Source: Candidatus Lindowbacteria bacterium RIFCSPLOWO2_12_FULL_62_27 (lineage in GTDB: Bacteria > Lindowbacteria > 2-12-FULL-62-27). From it: a DNA stretch of 20,000 bases. A program made the translations under genes and the position numbers. The DNA is taken from positions 55,797-75,796 of the forward strand of contig MFPR01000014.1 of the NCBI GenBank assembly GCA_001784175.1. Direction: 5' to 3'. Numbering within the stretch: the stretch's first letter is position 1; each line of letters starts with the position of its first letter. Positions 1 to 6,380 of the stretch are shown here, one piece after another. A model generated the notes under the pieces. It saw nothing but the letters and a program-made list of their open reading frames with translations, was not told where the DNA came from and ran no database searches.

Positions 1-151
1 GCACGGCGACCCGAACCGCCGCCGGCGGATGGCCCTTGGCGACCGCGATGCACGCGATCCCGTCCGGAGGGCGGCCGGCCCGGGCCGCGGCGGCGCGAAT
101 CCGTTCTCTCAATCGTTTGATATTCTCACCGATGTCCGTCGAATTCCGCAT
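1..151 (-). CDS. yggS: YggS/PLPBP family pyridoxal-phosphate-binding protein, N-terminal part (runs off the left edge)
   Basis: Not in the ORF track. Manual translation from ATG at 151 gives MRNSTDIGENIKRLRERIRAAAARAGRPPDGIACIAVAKGHPPAAVRVAV. This matches the YggS N-terminus (I..N...(L/V)RERI..AA..AGR.P..I..IAV(S/A)K, with the PLP-binding Lys). Confidence 0.9.
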   Translation of the reverse strand, partial: MRNSTDIGENIKRLRERIRAAAARAGRPPDGIACIAVAKGHPPAAVRVAV

Positions 152-172
152 GGCCTGTTCGATCACAGCGTG

Positions 173-201
173 ATCTTATATTTTTCCGGCCGCAATCGCA
201 A
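173..201 (-). promoter_or_regulatory. Putative sigma70 promoter of yggS
   Basis: Minus strand TTGCGA (201-196), 17-nt spacer, TAAGAT (178-173), about 20 nt upstream of the yggS ATG. Confidence 0.55.
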
Positions 202-234
202 ACTCCGCCGCGCGGCCGGAAGCGATTCCGGCGC

Positions 235-2613
235 TCAGGGCGACAGACTCGGCCGGCAAATCAAGAGGCCCACGTACGCGATCAGTCCCAGTCCTGAAAG
301 CCATGCGCCGAGCCGGGCCAGGGGCGGCTCGTAGGCGAGGTCGATTTTGTGCTCGCCCTTGTCCAGCACGAGTCCCATGAATCCGATGTTGACCTTGCGC
401 AGATCCTGCCGGCGGCCGTTGACGGTTGCGGTCCAGCCCCGATCGAAAGGAATGGAGAGAAAGAGGATCTTCCGCCGGTCCAGCCTGAGCGTGCCCCGGA
501 TGAGATTCTGCCGGTATTCGGAGATCGCCAGCGAGTTTTCCTTCAACCGGCCCATCGACCGGACCAAGTCGTCCGCCGGCAGGTCCCGTGAAACGGTGGT
601 GATGGACTCCAGGCCGGCAAATTCGCCCTTGTCCGCGGGATCGATCACGCAGGCCCGCAGAAACGCCAGGGGTTTGACCGGGGCCTCCAGCGACTTGAAA
701 TCGCTGTGGAGCATGTAGGCGTCATAGGCGTACCCCAGCGGGAGAAAAAAATTGTTCTTGTAGAGATGAACATGCCCAAACGTTGCCACCTTTTCGTATC
801 CCAACTGCGGGAGATTCGTGGCCGTGCGGCGCGTGAGGGCATATTTGACGGCGAGCATCGTACGTATCATCGGATGGGCTTTTTCGACGCCGTCCGTCAC
901 GTGCGTGGACAGCTCGTCGGTTGGATCGATCACGCCCGCCTCTCCGAGAAACCGGATGTAATTGATTTGATTGAATGAATAATAGCTGGAGGTCCCCCGA
1001 AATCCCTGGATCTTCGCGTCATTGATCGAATAATGCATGGCCGGGCTGGACGAGTAATCTTTCGTGACGCGGAAAAATTCCGTGTCGGTGGCGTTCAGCC
1101 AGGCCACCGCGTCGACGGTGTAGTCGTTGTATCCGGTTTTCTCGTGAAGCGACGCGGCCGTCAGCGCGGATCTCGCGTCGATGGTTTGCACCGCGAAGTA
1201 GCCCATCTCGGCGGCGACGCTCGCCACAAGAAGCAATCGCGACACCCTGCCGAGGTTGCCGGCGCCCATCGCAAGCAGCAACACCGTATGCGCCGCCAGA
1301 AACGCGGCCGCCGCGCTCCGCAGGCCCGGGTCCACCCGCAGGCGGGGGTACGGGACAAACAAGACGACCAGGAGAACCGCGCACGTGACGATCAGGGTCG
1401 GCCGATCGAGTTTGGAGGAGCCGTCGATCAGGCCGAGGGCGCGCACGGCGAGGTGAATGATGAGAATCGTCAAGAACAGGGAAATGGTCCGATAATAATC
1501 GCCGCTGAACAGGTTGATCATGTACCTGAAAAATGGGAACACCAGAATCGCGACGGCGAGGGCGCAACCGCCGCCATACAGGCGACGGGTCTTGCGATCG
1601 GAGAGGGAAAAAAACTGCGGCAAAAGAAGGAGGCTGAGCAGGCCGGCGTAGAGAAGCGGCGCCTCGAAGTAATTGCCCCAGCCCCGGAACGCGCTACCGG
1701 CGCCCAGGAGGTCGTTCGAAAACAGGCGTAGCAGGATGGTGAGCGACTGTCCAAAGGTGTTGGTTTCCAATATCTGTTTCGCCGCCAGCTTGCTGAAGAG
1801 GGAGACCTCGCCGCTGACTCGCGGGCTCTGCAGCATCTGCAGGACGCCCGTCATCACGTACACGGCGCCCATGAGGACCCCGAGCGCCCACAGCCCGGCC
1901 AGCTTCGTCAGAAACACCGCATAGGCCCGCCCGAGCGGCCCGCGCTCCTCCCAGAAACGCAGCGTCGCGTATGCGGCCAGAAAGACCGTATCCATATACA
2001 GGAAATACGGCTGATCGATGCCGGCGCAGGCCACCGCAACAGGAATCAGACCCCAGCGGGACTGTTTGAAGAACCGCTCAAAGGCGTACAACAGGAATGC
2101 CACAAACATCGCCTCGGTCGGCGGAGAACGCCATGTGCCGCCCAGGACCATGTACCCGCAGAAGGTGTACAGGAGCGCGCCCATTCCCGACGCATAGGCC
2201 GAAATCCCCAGAAGCGACAGATAGCGGAAGAAGAAAACGCCGCACAACAGGATTTTCAGCAGATGGACATAAATCACCGCATACGGAATCAGCCGCGTCG
2301 GAAACAGGCTGAGGAGCAGCGCGGTCGGCTCGTTGATGGAATACGGAAAAATGTTCTGGCCCGCGCCCTGCTGAAAGGACCACCGCGGAATGCCGTCGGA
2401 CCTCAGATACTCCCGCAGGTGCACGTAGTGCGGATAATGCTCGTTCATCGTGTCGCTGCCGATGTCCTTGAAGAGAAAAATTTTCTCGAACAGCAGAAAG
2501 TCCTTGAAAACGATGAAAACGAGCAGCGCAATTAGAATGCCGAACGCGAGACCGGCCCCCGGGCCGCCCCGCGGGCGACGCAAGTCGGGCGGGTCCACGG
2601 AAACTTTTTTCAT
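235..2613 (-). CDS. YfhO-family polytopic membrane protein (putative GT-C glycosyltransferase), ~792 aa
   Basis: Many TM segments. The N-terminal loop reads D..NEHYP...L...L....IP.WSF..GAGQN and the C-terminus reads LFLSIPFDRGWTATVNG...VNIGFMGL.L..GEH.I.L.Y.PP...LG, both typical of YfhO. Start moved from 2811 to ATG 2613 (MKKV...) because the upstream extension overlaps the tRNA-like element and the hairpins. Confidence 0.85.
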   Translation of the reverse strand: MKKVSVDPPDLRRPRGGPGAGLAFGILIALLVFIVFKDFLLFEKIFLFKDIGSDTMNEHYPHYVHLREYLRSDGIPRWSFQQGAGQNIFPYSINEPTALLLSLFPTRLIPYAVIYVHLLKILLCGVFFFRYLSLLGISAYASGMGALLYTFCGYMVLGGTWRSPPTEAMFVAFLLYAFERFFKQSRWGLIPVAVACAGIDQPYFLYMDTVFLAAYATLRFWEERGPLGRAYAVFLTKLAGLWALGVLMGAVYVMTGVLQMLQSPRVSGEVSLFSKLAAKQILETNTFGQSLTILLRLFSNDLLGAGSAFRGWGNYFEAPLLYAGLLSLLLLPQFFSLSDRKTRRLYGGGCALAVAILVFPFFRYMINLFSGDYYRTISLFLTILIIHLAVRALGLIDGSSKLDRPTLIVTCAVLLVVLFVPYPRLRVDPGLRSAAAAFLAAHTVLLLAMGAGNLGRVSRLLLVASVAAEMGYFAVQTIDARSALTAASLHEKTGYNDYTVDAVAWLNATDTEFFRVTKDYSSSPAMHYSINDAKIQGFRGTSSYYSFNQINYIRFLGEAGVIDPTDELSTHVTDGVEKAHPMIRTMLAVKYALTRRTATNLPQLGYEKVATFGHVHLYKNNFFLPLGYAYDAYMLHSDFKSLEAPVKPLAFLRACVIDPADKGEFAGLESITTVSRDLPADDLVRSMGRLKENSLAISEYRQNLIRGTLRLDRRKILFLSIPFDRGWTATVNGRRQDLRKVNIGFMGLVLDKGEHKIDLAYEPPLARLGAWLSGLGLIAYVGLLICRPSLSP

Positions 2614-2644
2614 GATTCGGAAGAGGCTACCACACGAGGACGCG

Positions 2645-2785
2645 CCGTCCAAGGCAAACTTGGCCCTTGTGCGGCCCTTGTGGCAACGGGGACAATACAT
2701 CCCTGATGTCCCCGTCGCACCCTGGGCAATTTTCGTACTTCCTGTACGAAAATTGCCCTGCTCCAGGGACAATACATCCCTGTAT
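2645..2785 (-). repeat. Array of GGA-loop hairpins and direct repeats between the tRNA-like element and yfhO
   Basis: 17-nt direct repeat GGGACAATACATCCCTG at 2689-2705 and 2766-2782. Perfect 15-bp stem 2724-2738/2744-2758, with loop AGGAA on the minus strand. Tandem GGCCCTTGTG at 2662-2671 and 2673-2682. Confidence 0.85.
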
Positions 2786-2851
2786 GCCGGAGGAGGGACT
2801 TGAACCCACACGGGGGGTGACCCCCACGGGATTTTGAGTCCATCCAGCGGC
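2785..2851 (-). pseudogene. Truncated (D-arm-less) tRNA-Leu(CAA)-like element
   Basis: Minus strand 2840-2785 is 50/56 identical to tRNA 3157-3212. It has the CAA anticodon loop, variable arm, T arm and 3' acceptor strand. The 5' part is only GCCGCTGGATG, so the D arm is absent. Confidence 0.85.
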
Positions 2852-2878
2852 GGTGGCTATTGACCACCAATATGCGTA

Positions 2879-2907
2879 ATCGTAGGAAAATACGGGGATA
2901 AAAGCAA
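2879..2907 (-). promoter_or_regulatory. Putative sigma70 promoter driving the tRNA-like element and yfhO
   Basis: Minus strand TTGCTT (2907-2902), 17-nt spacer, TACGAT (2884-2879). Predicted start is about 2872. Confidence 0.6.
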
Positions 2908-2956
2908 TATGCATTTATGCTATGAGTTCCTTTTTGCACAATGGTATCGAATAGTT

Positions 2957-2977
2957 TTGGCAAAGTATTGGCAAAGT
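2957..2977. repeat. Tandem direct repeat TTGGCAAAGT x2 (11-bp period), a possible protein-binding or integrase arm-type site
   Basis: TTGGCAAAGT at 2957-2966 and 2968-2977. The repeat is seen directly; its function is inferred. Confidence 0.5.
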
Positions 2978-3041
2978 CATTTTCGCGAATGAATCGGGTT
3001 GGCCACCGTATGCGATTCCCTCTTTTCTATTTCAATATTCC

Positions 3042-3050
3042 TGATAAGAT
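3042..3050 (+). promoter_or_regulatory. Putative extended -10 promoter of tRNA-Leu
   Basis: TGnTAAGAT at 3042-3050, downstream of an AT-rich stretch. No clear -35. Confidence 0.4.
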
Positions 3051-3062
3051 TCGTGTGGTTGT

Positions 3063-3127
3063 CGTCCCTGCCTGACAGAATGACATCCATGTCATTCGAG
3101 GGCAGGGACGTAACCATCCATGGTTAC
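3063..3127. repeat. Two palindromic hairpins with CATCCATG apices, abutting the tRNA 5' end
   Basis: CGTCCCTGCC (3063-3072) pairs with GGCAGGGACG (3101-3110) and encloses GAATGACAT-CC-ATGTCATTC (3078-3097). The second hairpin is GTAACCAT-CC-ATGGTTAC (3110-3127). Confidence 0.8.
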
Positions 3128-3212
3128 GCCGGAGTGGCGGAACGGCAGACGCGCTAGACTCAAAATCTAGTCCGGGTCACCCCGGGTGTGGGTTCAAGTC
3201 CCTCCTCCGGCA
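3128..3212 (+). tRNA. tRNA-Leu(CAA), class II, CCA not encoded
   Basis: Acceptor stem GCCGGAG/CTCCGGC plus discriminator A. D arm GCGGAACGGCAGACGC. Anticodon arm CTAGA-CTCAAAA-TCTAG. Long variable arm CCGGG-TCAC-CCCGG. T loop GTTCAAGTC. Confidence 0.97.
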
Positions 3213-3224
3213 ATTTCAAATATC

Positions 3225-4379
3225 CTATTTTACAAGAGAAGGGCGTTTCGGAAACCCCGGAAACGTCTGCTCCACCGCACGGTCCTGTTCCGCCGCTCGC
3301 GTGGTTTCGGTGAGCGTTTTTTGTTCTTCACGAGTCGCCGTCGCTGCGGGCTGGTCCACAGTTTCTGTGGAGACGGTGGCCGCATCTTTTTCTGAAGCGG
3401 ACATACCCGCCGGCGTCACATCCGGCGTCGCATCTTTGGCGAGCTTCTGGTCCGCGTCCACGATGCCGGCCGGATCCTGAGCGTCGCGGATTTCGACGGA
3501 GTGCCCTTTTCCGGCGTCCTGAACAAAATCCATGGTTTTTTCGTCCAAAAGACCGATGTCCTTTTCTTCCGCGGCGCCGGCTTCCATGATGGCATTCTCA
3601 TTTTCCTGCAACCACTGGTTAAACTCACCGACGGCCTCTTTGGGAGTCTCTTCCGTACCGATATCACGTCCCGCCTCATCGGAGCGGTCTTCCTTGTCTT
3701 TTTCCGGCCTGCCGCCCTCATCCGCTTTTTCGCCTTTCTCATCCTTCTCGGACTTCTCATTCTTCTCGCCCTTCTCGTCGTCCTTTTTCTCCTTATCCTT
3801 GTCTTTGCCCCCTTCCTCTCCCCCTGCCTTTTGTGGGCTTAGGCCCAGGACTTCCTTCATCGCCCCCGGTAATTTGTTCGGATCCTGCGGCGCCATGAAT
3901 CCATGGCCTTCGAGCATCTTCATCTCCGTGCCGGTTTGCGGGAAATGCCCCACCTCCTGCTTGCTTCCCCGGATGCCGGCAACGGCGCTCGGCGTGGTTA
4001 CGTTGAACCGATTCTGTTTTCCGCTTTTCGCATTTACTTCCGTGACGACTTTGCCGACCTGAAGGAATAGTTCCGTATAGAATTTTTGGGAGTCCTCAAC
4101 CGTGCGCCCGATCACGAATTGGGTCATCGGTGTGATTTCGGTCAAGCTGTTCTCAAATGAAAGAACGGCGCTTCCGGAAATGCCGGTCGATATTTTGTCG
4201 CCGGGTTTTATCGGCATCCCTTTTGCGGCTTTCTGCCACTGCTTTTCGCCCCGCCGCATGATTTCGACGTTGCCTGTTACATCCGTCAGGACTCCAGTCA
4301 TGATCTCCGCGGCCGTCGCGGGCAAGACTAAATTCACGGCAAATAAAATAAACAAGGCCATGGTGAGTGTCCTATTCAT
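3225..4379 (-). CDS. Exported FecR-domain protein with a highly charged low-complexity C-terminal half, ~384 aa
   Basis: Signal peptide MNRTLTMALFILFAVNLVLPATAA. FecR-type motifs G.V.I...G...W..A..GM.I.PGD.I.TG and FNVTTPSAVAGIRGS. E/K/D-rich tract at about 3690-3830. Start placed at ATG 4379, which overlaps the upstream stop by 8 nt. Confidence 0.8.
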   Translation of the reverse strand: MNRTLTMALFILFAVNLVLPATAAEIMTGVLTDVTGNVEIMRRGEKQWQKAAKGMPIKPGDKISTGISGSAVLSFENSLTEITPMTQFVIGRTVEDSQKFYTELFLQVGKVVTEVNAKSGKQNRFNVTTPSAVAGIRGSKQEVGHFPQTGTEMKMLEGHGFMAPQDPNKLPGAMKEVLGLSPQKAGGEEGGKDKDKEKKDDEKGEKNEKSEKDEKGEKADEGGRPEKDKEDRSDEAGRDIGTEETPKEAVGEFNQWLQENENAIMEAGAAEEKDIGLLDEKTMDFVQDAGKGHSVEIRDAQDPAGIVDADQKLAKDATPDVTPAGMSASEKDAATVSTETVDQPAATATREEQKTLTETTRAAEQDRAVEQTFPGFPKRPSLVK

Positions 4380-4935
4380 TCCGCGCCACCTGCTTCGCCA
4401 TCGTCTGGGCAAGTTTGCTGACAAACCCCAGAAGATCCTTGCCGGAGACCACGTCGTCCGGAGACCGGTCTGACGGCAACAGGCCCAGATAAACAGCCTG
4501 TCTCACCGCATAACGCTGGCTGCCCGGAAAAACGCGTGCCATGACGCCGCCCTTCAACCGGAGCGCATCGATCATCATGTGCGCGAGATTGCCGGTGGTC
4601 AGGCGGCTGTTTCGAATCACGGCGACATCCTTGCGAAATTTCACGCCGCTCTCCGCCAGAAACCTCAACTCGGATTCAATCCTCTCAGGCCCGTCGTATC
4701 CTCCCAGCCGGGCAAGAAGCCGCACGGCGTCTTCGACCGTCGCGGTTTCCTTCCTGAAAAGCGCGGCATAGAACTCCGATTCGGACGCGGCAGATGCCGG
4801 AGAAAGTCCGATCCACCCGAATAGTAAAATGACCGTGATCGCCAGAGCGCGCGACGCCATGGACGGCGTCGTACCCGGAGTCGGAGATTCTGCGACACAC
4901 GGACGTGTCGCAGCCGACGGAGGGTGCGTTTTCAT
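4372..4935 (-). CDS. Exported hypothetical protein (helical, weakly SLH-like)
   Basis: Hydrophobic signal-like segment ALAITVILLFGWIGLSPASAA. ATGA overlap with the upstream gene; the true start may be the later Met of MASRALA. Motif LKGGVMARVFPGSQRYAVRQAVYLGLLP. Confidence 0.7.
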   Translation of the reverse strand: MKTHPPSAATRPCVAESPTPGTTPSMASRALAITVILLFGWIGLSPASAASESEFYAALFRKETATVEDAVRLLARLGGYDGPERIESELRFLAESGVKFRKDVAVIRNSRLTTGNLAHMMIDALRLKGGVMARVFPGSQRYAVRQAVYLGLLPSDRSPDDVVSGKDLLGFVSKLAQTMAKQVARNE

Positions 4936-6380
4936 AAATCGAGCGAGAACTTCAGGCGCATATAATTTTCAGCCCCGCGGTTCGTATACGCGGGGCCGGG
5001 CGAGAACCGGCCGAATTTGAACTGGTAGCTGATGTCCACGGCGGCTTTCCAAGCGACCGTCATGTCAAACTCCGAGCCGATCTTGCGAGACGATCCGGCG
5101 CCGGACGAAATGTAGGGATCCGACGTCACACCGGATGCCTTATCGCGCGAGTAAAGGTAGTACGTCGGCTGAACGGACATATCCGACCACAGCCGGTTGG
5201 CAGACCATCCAAACGGTTTCACGCTGGCGCCGAATTTGTAGACTTGGATATTGGTCAGCTGCGGGGCAAGCGCATATCCGAGCGTCAATCCGCCAAACGA
5301 GATGAACCGCTCATCCTTGCCGGCCGTGCTTCCGCCGAATGACGAGTTTGCGCTTCCCTGGGCGTCGCCGTCGCCGCTGCCGGCGGCGTACTCGACATAG
5401 AAACTGGGCGCCATGGCCGTCGCGAAGTAATACCGCAACCCTCCGTCGATCGCGCTGGATGAAATGCTGACTTTTGTAGTTCCGCCCGATGGATACGTTT
5501 TGCCGGACTCCTGAATATACATCGACCAGTATCGCAGATTGCCGATCACCCGTCCCTCAAATCCCAACCCGTAATAGAGCGAATCCAATTGATGGGGTTG
5601 GCCGGTTGCGGGATTGACGGATTCGTCATTCCGGTCCTGATTCATAAGCCCGAACAGATCCAGTGTCTGGGTCTTCATGAATTTCACTTTCCATTCCATA
5701 CCGTAGAACCAGCGTTTGGTCCGGCCCGATCCCGGTGAGAAATTGTCGATGTTGTCATCTGAAGGATTCTGCCGGGCGAAAAACACCTGAAACTCATTGA
5801 TCCGTGAAAGGGCCTTGTAATGCAAACCGTCAACCGTGAGTCCAAACGATATGCCGCGTTCGACCATGACGAACTGCCGGCCGAGCGTGATCTGATGTTT
5901 CCAGCCTCCCGCCGGATACTGTTGTTGCAGATACAGGAGATCGACCGCCGGTCCCACCATATCCCGGCGCCGGACTGCGCCTGTTGGCGTGGAATTGAGA
6001 GACTGGGTGGCTTTCATGCGCGCGTAAAATTGCGTCTTGCCTGACCGGCTGGCGACGTTGGTGAAAAATCGAAAATCGTTCTCCCACGTGTGGTCGAGGG
6101 AATCCTGCGCGGCCACATTCCTGTCGTTTTCGTCAGACGACGAATAAGATGGCGCGTACCAGCCGCCGAAATTCATGCGCCAGCCCAAACCGCGTGCGAG
6201 GCCGCGCGTGACCCATGAGGAGCTTCCCGAAAAATCCTGTGTGCGCTTGAGTTCGTCGAGCGTTTCAACCCGCTCCCGGCGGAGTTCTTCCTGGGACATC
6301 TGCGCGTATGAGCCGGCAGAAACCATGAGCCAGAAGCCGGCAGCCAGAATGAAAATCCCGATTCTGTATTTGACACTCAT
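4932..6380 (-). CDS. Outer-membrane beta-barrel protein, alginate-export (AlgE)-like
   Basis: Signal peptide, alternating amphipathic strands rich in aromatics and Gly, and motifs ITLGRQ, DGL, EYAAGSGDGD, KIGSEFD. Ends in a terminal beta-strand YMRLKFSLDL. ATGA overlap with the giant gene's stop. Confidence 0.7.
   Translation of the reverse strand: MSVKYRIGIFILAAGFWLMVSAGSYAQMSQEELRRERVETLDELKRTQDFSGSSSWVTRGLARGLGWRMNFGGWYAPSYSSSDENDRNVAAQDSLDHTWENDFRFFTNVASRSGKTQFYARMKATQSLNSTPTGAVRRRDMVGPAVDLLYLQQQYPAGGWKHQITLGRQFVMVERGISFGLTVDGLHYKALSRINEFQVFFARQNPSDDNIDNFSPGSGRTKRWFYGMEWKVKFMKTQTLDLFGLMNQDRNDESVNPATGQPHQLDSLYYGLGFEGRVIGNLRYWSMYIQESGKTYPSGGTTKVSISSSAIDGGLRYYFATAMAPSFYVEYAAGSGDGDAQGSANSSFGGSTAGKDERFISFGGLTLGYALAPQLTNIQVYKFGASVKPFGWSANRLWSDMSVQPTYYLYSRDKASGVTSDPYISSGAGSSRKIGSEFDMTVAWKAAVDISYQFKFGRFSPGPAYTNRGAENYMRLKFSLDL

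Noticed and set aside
2689-2782. Possible mini-CRISPR (17-nt repeat x2)
   Set aside because: There are only two short copies, the spacer is itself a perfect palindrome, and no cas genes are present.
2785-2870. tmRNA, or an intron-split or permuted tRNA
   Set aside because: It has no Ala G3:U70 acceptor, CCA end or tag ORF. The anticodon loop is uninterrupted and I found no separate matching 5' half on the minus strand in the window.
29-2963. Many short overlapping ORFs (e.g. 29-334, 1033-1731, 2450-2803, 2610-2963)
   Set aside because: They are shadow frames of GC-rich real genes or overlap structured non-coding DNA, and they have no recognisable motifs.
3242-3267. Hairpin as an intrinsic terminator for the tRNA
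   Set aside because: The stem is imperfect, there is no U-tract, and it lies inside a CDS, so it is not supportable as a feature.
3186-3395. ORF starting MWVQVPPPA, the same as the called yfhO N-terminus
   Set aside because: Both are translations of the tRNA T-arm/acceptor sequence. This one is also antisense to the FecR gene.
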